Below, piece after piece: positions 1-8,700 of a stretch of DNA of 64,000 nucleotides; positions within the stretch are counted from its first letter, which is position 1; each line of letters begins with the position of its first letter. The stretch is from an uncultured bacterium (GTDB lineage Bacteria > Oederibacteriota > PGYV01 > Palsa-1178). A program made the translations under genes and the position numbers. A model generated the notes under the pieces. It was given only the letters and a program-made list of their open reading frames with translations, was not told the DNA's origin and did no database searches. The DNA lies in the NCBI GenBank assembly GCA_937889595.1, contig CALAOR010000076.1, positions 159,783 to 223,782 on the forward strand, written 5' to 3'.

Positions 1-2
1 TA

Positions 3-710
3 TTGGTCGGCGGCCAGACGAAAATGCCCCTCGTGCGGAGCGTGGTACGCAGGATATTCAAGAAAGAACCTTACACGGGCTTAAACCCCGATGAAGCGGT
101 TGCGGCGGGCGCGGCGCACCAGGCATCCGTGCTTAAAGGCGACATACGCGACATACTGTTGCTTGACGTCACGGCTTTTTCGCTCGGTTTAAAGACCGAA
201 GGCGGCATATTCTCAAAAATCATAGAAAAGAATTCTTCCATACCCACGCGCAAGAGCGAGCCATATACGACAACAAAGGACGACCAGTCTTTTACCCGCA
301 TAGAAGTATACCAGGGCGAAAAACCCATGGCTGCGGATAATAAAATGATAGGTACTTTTGACCTGGTCGGCATACCTCCGGCGAAAAAAGGCGTGCCTAA
401 GATAGAGGTCATGTTTGACATAGACGCCAACGGCATAATAAAGGTATCGGCAAAAGACGATACAACCGGCAAAGAACAGACCATAAAGATCACGCCGGAT
501 TCGGGCCTGTCCGGGGTCGAAGTTGACAGGATGAAAAAGGATATAGGGGAGGAATTCTCCAAAAAAATAACATCGGGCTCAAAGCAGAACCAGGGCCAGC
601 AGTATAAGGAAGAAAAATCAAAAGGCGACGAAGGCCTGCCGGCCGAAGCATCCGGTGACCAGAAAAAGAAAGCCTCCATATTCGATATATTCAAGAAAAA
701 AGAGAGGTAA
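3..710 (+). CDS. Hsp70/DnaK-family chaperone, C-terminal part (5' end outside window); helical lid replaced by a short charged tail
   Basis: The ORF is open to the window edge. The translation carries Hsp70 hallmarks: [83 protein letters not shown]. After the beta-sandwich only about 60 K/E/Q-rich residues follow. Confidence 0.85.
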   Translation: MVGGQTKMPLVRSVVRRIFKKEPYTGLNPDEAVAAGAAHQASVLKGDIRDILLLDVTAFSLGLKTEGGIFSKIIEKNSSIPTRKSEPYTTTKDDQSFTRIEVYQGEKPMAADNKMIGTFDLVGIPPAKKGVPKIEVMFDIDANGIIKVSAKDDTTGKEQTIKITPDSGLSGVEVDRMKKDIGEEFSKKITSGSKQNQGQQYKEEKSKGDEGLPAEASGDQKKKASIFDIFKKKER

Positions 711-713
711 CTC

Positions 714-2672
714 ATGGCTAAAGTAAAGAACATGCTTATAGGCGAAATGCTTTTGGAAGAAGGCATTATCACCAAGGAACAGCTAAAGGACGCCCTGGAA
801 GAACAGAAAAGAACAGGCACCAGGATCGGTGAAATACTCATAAAGATGAGGTATATATCCAAGGAGATCCTGTGGACTTTTCTCGGCTACCAGATGGGCG
901 TCCCTTTCATAAACCTGGATGAGGCTCCCGAAGTCAGGCCCGAAGTGTTAAAATGCCTGCCTGAGACATTAATGCGCAATGAAAAATTAATGCCGGTGAG
1001 CAAACAGGGAAGGGTGATAACAGTGGCCATGTCGGATCCGCTTAACTTCCTCGTGGTTGATGAGTTGAAGGCCACCACCAGGAGCGAGATAGACACCAGG
1101 CTTGCGGCGCCGGAGGACATAAAAAAACTGATAGATAAATATTTCGGGTTTAAAGACGAAGACACCGGCGAGATAGCAAGGGCCAGGATCGATGAACTGG
1201 ACGATATATTGGCGGCGCCCATGGGCCGGTCCAAACCAAAGGAAGATACTGCATTTAAAATACAGCGTTCGCCTTACGGCGGTGGCGCGCCGAAAAAAGA
1301 AGAACCTGCAAAGCAGCAGAATCAGACACCGTCAACGCCGCAGTACCAGGCGCCGGCATATGTGCCGCCCCAGGCGCAGCAGCATCAGGCGCCGTCAACG
1401 CCGCAGTACCAGGCGCCGGCATATGTGCCGCCCCAGGAACAGCAGCATCAGCCTTCCGAAGCGCAGCCAGCCATGCAGACGTCATACAGCGCGCCGCAGC
1501 AGCCGGCACAGACATCTGTTTCCGCCGACACGCCAGTGAACACGTTCTTAACCGCCCTCATATCCGAGGCATACGATACGAACGCAACAGACATACACGT
1601 GGAGCCTTTTCCCGACAAATGCAGGATAAGGCGCAGGATAGACGGGGCCTTATATGAAGTGGATTCGCCGCCAAAAACCCTGTACACGGGCCTTTTGAAT
1701 AAAATAAAGGAACTCGCGCAGATGAACGTAAATGAAAAATCCGTGCCCCAGGAATCCAAGCTCAAAATAAGGGTCGCGGGCAAGGAAATAAATATGGCCG
1801 TGTATACCTTCCCGACTTTGTTCGGGGAAAAGATAGTCCTGCGCATCATCAGGGCGGATTCGACCATAATACCGCTGAACGCCATGGGCATGGACGACCC
1901 TGTGCTGGACCTTTACAGGAAAACCATACACCTGCCTTACGGGCTCATCCTGGTTTCCGGACCCACAAACAGCGGCAAGGCCACGACCATGTACTCTACC
2001 ATGTCGGAATTAAACCACCCTAACGTGAATATATTTTCCATAGATGACACTTCTTCTAATTACGTGATACCCGGCATAAACCAGACCAAGGTAAACAGGA
2101 AAAGTTACGGCGAGGTGCTTCATTATCTGGCCGATCAGGACTGCGATGTCATCACAGTGGGCGATATACCCAATAAGGAAACGGCAGAGGCCATCTTTGA
2201 CATGATATCAAGCGGGCACCTGGTCATCGCGGGCATCAGGGCGAACGACCCGTACCAGGCCATGCAGTCCATAATTAATTTTGGCATTGAACCCTATGTG
2301 GTTTATTCCAACACCATGGCCGCGCTTTCACAGCGGCTTATCAGGAAAGTATGCGACCGCTGCAGGGTGTCATATGAGGCGAACGCGGACATGCTTAAGA
2401 TGCTCGGCGGTACGGCCACAAACAAGCAGGTAATGCTGCACAAAGGAAACGGCTGCGCAGCCTGCGCCGGCACCGGCTATAAGGGCAGGACAGCGGTGTT
2501 TGAGCTGCTTCCCATAACGGAAAAGATAAAGGATATGTTCAACTCCGGTGAGGGAGTCAAGAAGATAAAGGAAGAGAACAAAAAATCGGGCATGAACTCC
2601 TTAAAAGAAGACGCGTTGTTAAAAGTTTTGCAGGGTATAACCACTGCGGAAGAGTATATGAAGATAAGTTAA
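714..2672 (+). CDS. PilB/GspE/MshE-family secretion NTPase homologue with degenerate catalytic motifs and a Q/P-rich insert
   Basis: GAGAGG RBS 6 nt upstream; 3-nt gap after the Hsp70 stop. N-terminal T2SSE_N/MshEN-like helices. The C-terminal half is colinear with the GspE/PilB core: GPTNSGKATT at the Walker A position, DCDVITVGDIPNKETA at Walker B, SGHLVIAGIRAND at the His box, and tetracysteine CDRC...CAAC. Confidence 0.85.
   Translation: MAKVKNMLIGEMLLEEGIITKEQLKDALEEQKRTGTRIGEILIKMRYISKEILWTFLGYQMGVPFINLDEAPEVRPEVLKCLPETLMRNEKLMPVSKQGRVITVAMSDPLNFLVVDELKATTRSEIDTRLAAPEDIKKLIDKYFGFKDEDTGEIARARIDELDDILAAPMGRSKPKEDTAFKIQRSPYGGGAPKKEEPAKQQNQTPSTPQYQAPAYVPPQAQQHQAPSTPQYQAPAYVPPQEQQHQPSEAQPAMQTSYSAPQQPAQTSVSADTPVNTFLTALISEAYDTNATDIHVEPFPDKCRIRRRIDGALYEVDSPPKTLYTGLLNKIKELAQMNVNEKSVPQESKLKIRVAGKEINMAVYTFPTLFGEKIVLRIIRADSTIIPLNAMGMDDPVLDLYRKTIHLPYGLILVSGPTNSGKATTMYSTMSELNHPNVNIFSIDDTSSNYVIPGINQTKVNRKSYGEVLHYLADQDCDVITVGDIPNKETAEAIFDMISSGHLVIAGIRANDPYQAMQSIINFGIEPYVVYSNTMAALSQRLIRKVCDRCRVSYEANADMLKMLGGTATNKQVMLHKGNGCAACAGTGYKGRTAVFELLPITEKIKDMFNSGEGVKKIKEENKKSGMNSLKEDALLKVLQGITTAEEYMKIS
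1329..1454 (+). repeat. 63-bp in-frame tandem duplication (2 copies) inside the ATPase homologue
   Basis: Copies at 1329-1391 and 1392-1454. The first 46 nt are identical, followed by 2 mismatches. Each encodes PSTPQYQAPAYVPPQ(A/E)QQHQ. Confidence 0.9.
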
Positions 2673-2682
2673 AGGAGAAAAT

Positions 2683-4431
2683 ATGAAAAAATTTTTATCG
2701 GTATTTGTTCTTATTATTTTGTTTGCCGCTGCCGCCCTGGCGGACCCTCCTTTAAGGGACTTTAGCGTGGTACTGAACGGCGGGATATCATCCGTGTATG
2801 CGGGTGCAAATGTAGCGATAACTATCACCGCCAATTGTATAGATGGAACGCCAAAGACCGATTTCACCGGTACTGTCGGAATAACGGCTTCGGTTGGCAA
2901 TGTATTTATACAGGCAGACGGCAATACGCTGACGCAGGTTATATTTACATCTGAAAGATGGACCGGTTTTATACAGTTATTGGGCGCGGCCGCGCCCCTT
3001 ACAATAACATGCGTTGATTTTGCGAGCGGCGCCACGGGCACGGCCCTGAAAACAGTTACGCCGAATATTTACAAAAAACCCCTTGTCATAATGGACGGCA
3101 TGACCTGGGCTCCGGGTACGGTTGGCGCGGGGTTTACGGGCTGGCCCGTGACACAGACAACAACATCACCGTTTTTTGTTACGGTACTGGCTGTTGACGC
3201 ATGGAACAACACGATAAATACCCTGTTCCCGACTTTGGACCTTGAAACAACGTCAAGCGGATGGGTGGTTACGCCCACAACTGTTGACATGTCAATTGAC
3301 GGCAAGGCAAACACCATATTCGCGGTAACCCTTTTTCCAAACCCGGATTCGTCCGGTGAATACGACATAACCGCAACCGACATAAACAGCCCGGCCAAGC
3401 ATGATACTGCAAAACCATTTTTCGCCTCACTGACCGATTTCTTCATATGGGCCGAAGGGCCCCCGTCTGCGGTTGCGGGCCGGAATTTTACCGTGACAGT
3501 CATAGTCTCGCATTTTTCGCCGACTTCAGGGGTGCCGATACCCGGGTTTGGCTTTCTCGGCGATAATGTGCAGATAGCGGCCATAGATGCGGGCGGGAAT
3601 TCACTGAATCCGGGACTGCTTCCGGTAAAGGAACCCATCGGGCTGTTCACGGACGGGGTATGCACCTTTACGGTTAATTATCAAAGATCATCGCCAAATG
3701 ACGTGACAGGCATAAGGATAAGCCCGAAATACATAGGCACACTGAACATGAATAACGGCATCATGGACAGCAGGAACTCATATGATATAGTGATATACGC
3801 GGATGCGCCCTCTTCATTCACGTATACCGCGGACAGGGTAAAACTGAAGAAAAATGAAAATTCCGTCTTAAGCGTAAAAATAAGCGACCAGTACTCAAAC
3901 CCGGTATCCAACACTGCCGTGGACTTTACCGTGACAACGGGAAGCGGGATATTATCTGACGGCCTTGGAAATACATGGGCCGCCAGAAGCGTCAATACCA
4001 ATCTATATGGTTACGCGTTCATAACCGTAACAGCGCAATCCAATACGATAACCAGCATATCGGCCGCAGTTGCGGGCATTGCCGGAACGCAGACAAAGGA
4101 AATAGAGTTTGCGGATATTATCGACAATAACAAGGTAAGGAATTTTCCCAATCCTTTCAACCCGCTGCAGGGCCCCACTACGATAGAATACTATCTTGAC
4201 GATGACTCTGCCGTGACCATGAAACTATACAGCTTCTCGGGTTCGCTTGTTTGGAACAAAGAAATCCCAGCCGGCGTGATGGGCGGCAGGAAAGGGTATA
4301 ATCCGTATGTGTGGGACGGAATGACCGACAGGCACATGCCTGTGGGTGTGGGTTTATACACATTGAAGATCGAAGTAAAAGCAAATAAGGGGAAATACAC
4401 GCTGACAAGGAAGATCGCGGTTAAAAAATAG
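2683..4431 (+). CDS. secreted surface protein with Ig-like (Big_1-type) repeats and a FlgD-Ig/T9SS-CTD-like C-terminal domain
   Basis: AGGAG RBS. Signal peptide MKKFLSVFVLIILFAAAALA. Invasin/intimin-type Ig segment (VKLKKNENSVLSVKISDQYSNPVSNTAVDFTVTTGSG...GYAFITVTAQSN). The last ~90 aa read FPNPFNP...MKLYSFSGSLVW...YVWDG...GLYTLKIEV...RKIAVKK. Confidence 0.7.
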   Translation: MKKFLSVFVLIILFAAAALADPPLRDFSVVLNGGISSVYAGANVAITITANCIDGTPKTDFTGTVGITASVGNVFIQADGNTLTQVIFTSERWTGFIQLLGAAAPLTITCVDFASGATGTALKTVTPNIYKKPLVIMDGMTWAPGTVGAGFTGWPVTQTTTSPFFVTVLAVDAWNNTINTLFPTLDLETTSSGWVVTPTTVDMSIDGKANTIFAVTLFPNPDSSGEYDITATDINSPAKHDTAKPFFASLTDFFIWAEGPPSAVAGRNFTVTVIVSHFSPTSGVPIPGFGFLGDNVQIAAIDAGGNSLNPGLLPVKEPIGLFTDGVCTFTVNYQRSSPNDVTGIRISPKYIGTLNMNNGIMDSRNSYDIVIYADAPSSFTYTADRVKLKKNENSVLSVKISDQYSNPVSNTAVDFTVTTGSGILSDGLGNTWAARSVNTNLYGYAFITVTAQSNTITSISAAVAGIAGTQTKEIEFADIIDNNKVRNFPNPFNPLQGPTTIEYYLDDDSAVTMKLYSFSGSLVWNKEIPAGVMGGRKGYNPYVWDGMTDRHMPVGVGLYTLKIEVKANKGKYTLTRKIAVKK

Positions 4432-4456
4432 GTTCGGCCGCTGTGTGTCGTTTTAT

Positions 4457-4529
4457 GTAGTGGCGGCATATCATGCCGCCACCCGCGGGCCAGCGAGCCA
4501 CGGCTGGCCGAATAATATTCGGCCACTAC
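4457..4529 (+). repeat. REPIN unit 1: REP-A (GTAG + hairpin) and inverted partner REP-B
   Basis: REP-A is GTAG then GTGGCGGCAT-atc-ATGCCGCCAC (4457-4482). REP-B is GGCCGAATA-a-TATTCGGCC then ACTAC (4506-4529). Both arms read GTAGTGGC... from their own 5' ends. Confidence 0.85.
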
Positions 4530-4555
4530 GTGTTGTAAGTTTGCAGTCATTTTAT

Positions 4556-5243
4556 GTAGTGGCGGCATATCATGCCGCCACAAACGCGGAACGGTCTTAA
4601 ATATAAACAGGGAAAAATAAAACATGGCTGGAGGGAGTCATGGCTGATTTATTGCGCAAGCGGAACCGCTTGCCGTGGTACGATTATTCGCAGGACGGGT
4701 TTTATTTTGTTACTTTGGTTGTAAAAAACAGGGCTGAAGTTTTAAGTTCTGTATCAGAAGGCAAATCAGTATTAACATCCGCAGGTCACGCAGTTTCTCA
4801 AATAATATTAAACATCCCGCAGTATTATAAAAACACCAATATAGATGAATTGACAATTATGCCAAACCACCTGCACATAATAATACAATTAAACAATACA
4901 AGCCTGGCAAAACCGGGAAATGAGATAATTACCGGCAGGATATGTAATTACGGGAAGTTGTCCAAGATTATTAAATCTTTTAAGTGCGAACTGGTAAAAG
5001 TCATGAAAAAACAAAATGAAAAACGTATTTATTGGCAAAGGTCTTACTATGATCATGTGATAAGGGATGAAAAGTCATACCTTAGGATAAAGGAATATAT
5101 GGTTAATAATCCGTTTAAATGGGAGATGGATGTTGAAAATGCCGGGGTTGGAGGGGATTCGGCAGCTTACTATAAAAAATTAACGGAGTGATTTTAAGAC
5201 AGCCACGGCTGGCCGAATAATATTCGGCAACTACGTGTTGTAA
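4556..5243 (+). mobile_element. RAYT element: REP-A arm + HUH/Y1 transposase gene + inverted REP-B arm
   Basis: REP-A2 at 4556-4581 and REP-B2 at 5220-5243 bracket the 183-aa gene. The 10 nt before B2 (AGCCACGGCT) match the spacer of the gene-less 99-bp units. Confidence 0.75.
4640..5191 (+). CDS. REP-associated tyrosine transposase (RAYT; IS200/IS605-like Y1 HUH transposase)
   Basis: GGAGGGAG RBS. HUH motif in MPNHLHIIIQL. Catalytic-Tyr region WQRSYYDHVIRDEKSYLRIKEYMVNNP. About 180 aa, flanked by GTAG-headed hairpins. Confidence 0.85.
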   Translation: MADLLRKRNRLPWYDYSQDGFYFVTLVVKNRAEVLSSVSEGKSVLTSAGHAVSQIILNIPQYYKNTNIDELTIMPNHLHIIIQLNNTSLAKPGNEIITGRICNYGKLSKIIKSFKCELVKVMKKQNEKRIYWQRSYYDHVIRDEKSYLRIKEYMVNNPFKWEMDVENAGVGGDSAAYYKKLTE

Positions 5244-5262
5244 GTCGTTCTATGTAGTGGCG

Positions 5263-5486
5263 GCATATCATGCCGCCACCTGCGGGCCAGCGAGCGACGG
5301 CTGGCCGAATGATATTCGGCCACTACGTGTTGTAAGATTGCAGTCGTTTTATGTAGTGGCGGCATATCATGCCGCCACCCGCGGGCCGGCAAGCAACGGC
5401 TGGCCGAATGATATTCGGCCACTACGTGTTGTTAGTTTGTAGTCGTTCTATGTAGTGGCGGCATATCATGCCGCCACCCGTGGGCC
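5263..5486 (+). repeat. tandem REPIN array downstream of the RAYT gene (99-bp period)
   Basis: REP-A copies start at 5263, 5362 and 5461. REP-B copies lie at 5312-5335 and 5411-5434. The period is exactly 99 bp, the same as 4457 to 4556 upstream. Confidence 0.9.
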
Positions 5487-5623
5487 AGTGAGCCGCGTTT
5501 GGCGGGAGGTTCCTTCTACATACTCAGGATTCTTTATCCGGCCGCTACAAACGGTATTATTAACCGGCGGTTAAACGGTTTTTCAAATCGTTTCGCATCA
5601 TAAAACTTATTTATTATCAATCG

Positions 5624-5652
5624 TTGACTAAATCTAATTAAACATATATAAT
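5624..5652 (+). promoter_or_regulatory. sigma70-type promoter of paralog 1 (TTGACT-17-TATAAT)
   Basis: TTGACT at 5624-5629, 17-nt spacer, TATAAT at 5647-5652. The same hexamers and spacing recur at 9581-9609 and 14763-14791. Confidence 0.7.
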
Positions 5653-5769
5653 CTAAATAAATTATAACGGAACTTTAGAGTTTTTCTTTTGTCATATAAT
5701 TTAACCGTTTAAGTAATTTTTATGAAATTTTAACTATTGAAAATAATTATAAATAAAGGAAGTACAAAA

Positions 5770-8700
5770 GTGCGGAATTTTCGTTTGGGGAATCTAAGAT
5801 ATCTGTCAGGTTTGTTTACGTTTATTATGCTATTGTTTATTTTTGCGTTTCCGGTTTTTGCATCGCCGGTTTCGGGTTTACAGATAGTAAGTATTGTTCC
5901 GGCAAGTCCCACGGCCGGGTCGATTGTAGCAGTGACTATAAGGATGGATATGGGAGCTAATACAACAGACAAGCTTTTGATAGCGTTTTCCAACCAGGCA
6001 AGTCCACAATCATGCGGTTCAGCTGGTCAGTTATTTGTAACACATGACCTGCTTACCAACGGCCCTCCAATTCCAGGCCCCGGAGGTGTTAACGATGGTT
6101 ATCAGGAAAACAGCAATACAACAAATGCGACTATCGCGTATACTTGGACGATGAATATAACCGTGCCAACAACACTTACAGAGGGTTCCACAAATTATAT
6201 TATAGTCGGCGACAGGGAATACAGCGATAACTGTGGTAATTGGAATACTTTGGTTTTACATGACCAATATGATTCGGTACCTTTTACTGTGCCTTTTCCG
6301 GTTGGGTCTGCAACGCTTTTAAAAACAGCTGAAGCGTCTTCGGCCCAGGCCGGGGACCTTGTGCTTTTTACCATTGATTATAATGTTATTAACAGCAATA
6401 ATTTTGTCATAACAGATGTTGTGCCGCCAAACTGTACCATGCTTGAGATAAGTTATCCCGGCACTCCCGTGACCGGCGCTGCCGGTACTCCGATTTCATG
6501 GAATCTTGGGAATTCCACAACAAGAAAAAGGGGAAAGGTCTGGTTCCTTTGCAGGATAGCAGCTACCGCGGTTGTGGGGCAGCAGATACCCAACACCGCA
6601 GCTTATACATTAACCCCTAAAGACCCGGGTGGTATCCTGCTTACGCCTGCCGCAGGCTCCAGCAATCCCGCGACAGTCACCATAGGTGCGGGATTTAACC
6701 TGATAAAATCGGAATCAGTAACTACAGCAACACTCGGCGACACGGTGACTTACGCGTTTGATTTCCAGATATCAGGTTTGTCGCTGAAAACATTTGATTC
6801 ATTTGACCATGCTTTTACGTGGCACAATAATGCGGGTACTGCGGGCATATTTACGAACGATACCGACCCGGTTGACCCGAATAATAAAGTTATTCACGCG
6901 CATAGCGGGACAAGTTACAATCACTACGTAAAAGATTCCACATTACCCGGGTCAGCGGGTCAATTTTGTACAGGTATGATAGTAAGTGACCTATATATAT
7001 TTCCCAGCACCACCAACTTCAATGACGGAGTTGTTTTATTCAGGGATGACGGAGTGGTCACAAACGGATGTTCATACGGTGTGGGAATATCGCCTGACGG
7101 ACCTGATGGGAACACCGCAAATGCGATATGGTTGCAAAAATACTGCAATGGCGTTGCTTTTGGAACCGTTGGAGTTGTTGCGGTTGGGTCCCCCGCTCCG
7201 GTTATACTCAGCCTTACATGGTATGTTGTTAAAATACTTGTGACTGACATAGGCGGCGGCCAGATAAGGATACAGGCAAAGACATGGCCGAGAGGGACGC
7301 CTGAACCAAACGGATGGCCGCTTAGCTATGTGGATACAGCGCCGCTTGCCTGCGGATACGCCGGGGTACAGGCGCAGCTGAACAACGATGATTACTATGA
7401 TAATTACAGGATTTTTTCCGCAAACACCGTTACTAATGCAAGACTTTTTGATACTGTGCCAACCGGCATCACATGGATGGACGGGACAGGCGCTGATGCT
7501 TATCACACGGATCATGTGCCGGCATCACCGGCATCGGGAACCATGGTCAGATGGAATTTCCCGGGAGCATTGACGGAGTATAGCGGGCATATAGCGTGGT
7601 GGGGAACAGTAAACTCATGCTCACCAATAACAAACAGGGGATCCTTTGACTCTGATGATGTTGGAGCCCAGACTGATTCAAACACGGTTGTTCTTAATGT
7701 ATATTGCGGTACGCCGACATTTACACCGACCTATACGGTGACAAGCACGCCGACTTACACACGCACGTCAACTCCCACATATACCCCTACATTTACATTT
7801 ACCGCCACACCCACAGTCACGCCGTCGCGTACGCCGACCTCCACATTTACCGCGACCCCGACCCCGAGTTATACGCCCACATTCACGGATACGGCCACCC
7901 CAACATCCACATACACGGCGACGCCGACCAGGACAGCCACGTCCACTTATACTGATACGGCCACTCCTACATCCACATTCACGGCAACTCCGACAAAGAC
8001 AGCTACATCAACTTATACGGATACGGTCACTCCCACAAATACCATATCTTCAGACACACCGACAAACACAAAAACATACACGCCTACTTTCACAGCCACC
8101 CCGACTTTTACCGACACGCCCACGCCGTCTTTTACCGACACATACACTTCGACTTTTACGTGCACGCCTACATATACCGCGACGCCCACATATACCAAAA
8201 CGAGCACTGCAACGCCTACTGTTACCCAAACATCCGTATACACAGCGACGGTCACGCCGACTATTACTGATACATACACCATGACATTTACCAGTACTTT
8301 CACCAATACAAGCACTGATACGTTTACATCCACATACACGCCCACTGCAACGCCGACCCGCACCCCGACACCTACATTTACCGAGACATTTACGTTATCA
8401 TCCACGCCGACTATAACCCCGACCATGCCGCCTTTCCCGTACTTGATAACACTCGGGGTATATAATGAAGCAGGCGAGTTGGTGCGCACCATTGCGACTA
8501 AGCCGGCCTCGGGCGCCATGTCAGGCGCTGTATTCTCAATTGGCGGGGATATACATGCGACCACGCTTATACCGGGCAACACACCTCTTTCCATATACAT
8601 GCCGGGCATTGAAATACCGGAAACCCTGGGCAGCGCAGGCACTAATTTTTATTGGGATGGAAGGACCGACGGGGGCCAGCTAGTGACGCCGGGGCCTTAT

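Noticed and set aside
71-862. Long antisense ORFs opposite confidently assigned genes: 71..862, 27790..28512, 30476..31165, 31908..32537, 34140..34886, 37500..38036, 38349..38837 and 41593..42354.
   Set aside because: Each lies inside a gene with strong family motifs on the other strand. The translations are low-complexity or unrecognisable and lack translation signals.
1192-1539. Arg-rich (+) and Ala-rich (-) ORFs over the Q/P-rich insert of the ATPase homologue.
   Set aside because: These are alternative-frame readings of CAG/CCG-rich repeat DNA inside a continuous 652-aa ORF.
5231-5442. Small ORFs on both strands inside the REPIN array (MAAYHAAT..., MAEYHSAS...). Similar ones occur at 4191..4625, 14273..14665 and 19162..19458.
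   Set aside because: Their peptide similarity simply reflects repeated hairpin DNA. They have no RBS and overlap each other on opposite strands.
4451-5500. The regularly spaced palindromic repeats could have been a CRISPR array.
   Set aside because: The 99-bp period consists of two different hairpins plus conserved inter-hairpin sequence. There are no unique spacers and no cas genes. The GTAG heads and an HUH/Y1 gene identify them as REP/REPIN elements.
7708-8425. The T-x-T register could be an insect-antifreeze-like ice-binding beta-helix.
   Set aside because: Proline occupies about a quarter of the intervening positions. There is no Cys/Gly turn periodicity and no regular 12-15-residue coil repeat. 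An extended, probably glycosylated spacer is the more economical reading.
8013-8642. Long minus-strand ORFs rich in V/G ([11 protein letters not shown]...) opposite every linker: 8013..8642, 12254..12883, 16922..17470, 23516..23857 and 24215..24508.
   Set aside because: They are the mirror image of the ACN-NNN codon periodicity of the Thr linkers (NGT reads as Val/Gly). They have no RBS and lie wholly inside well-supported plus-strand genes.
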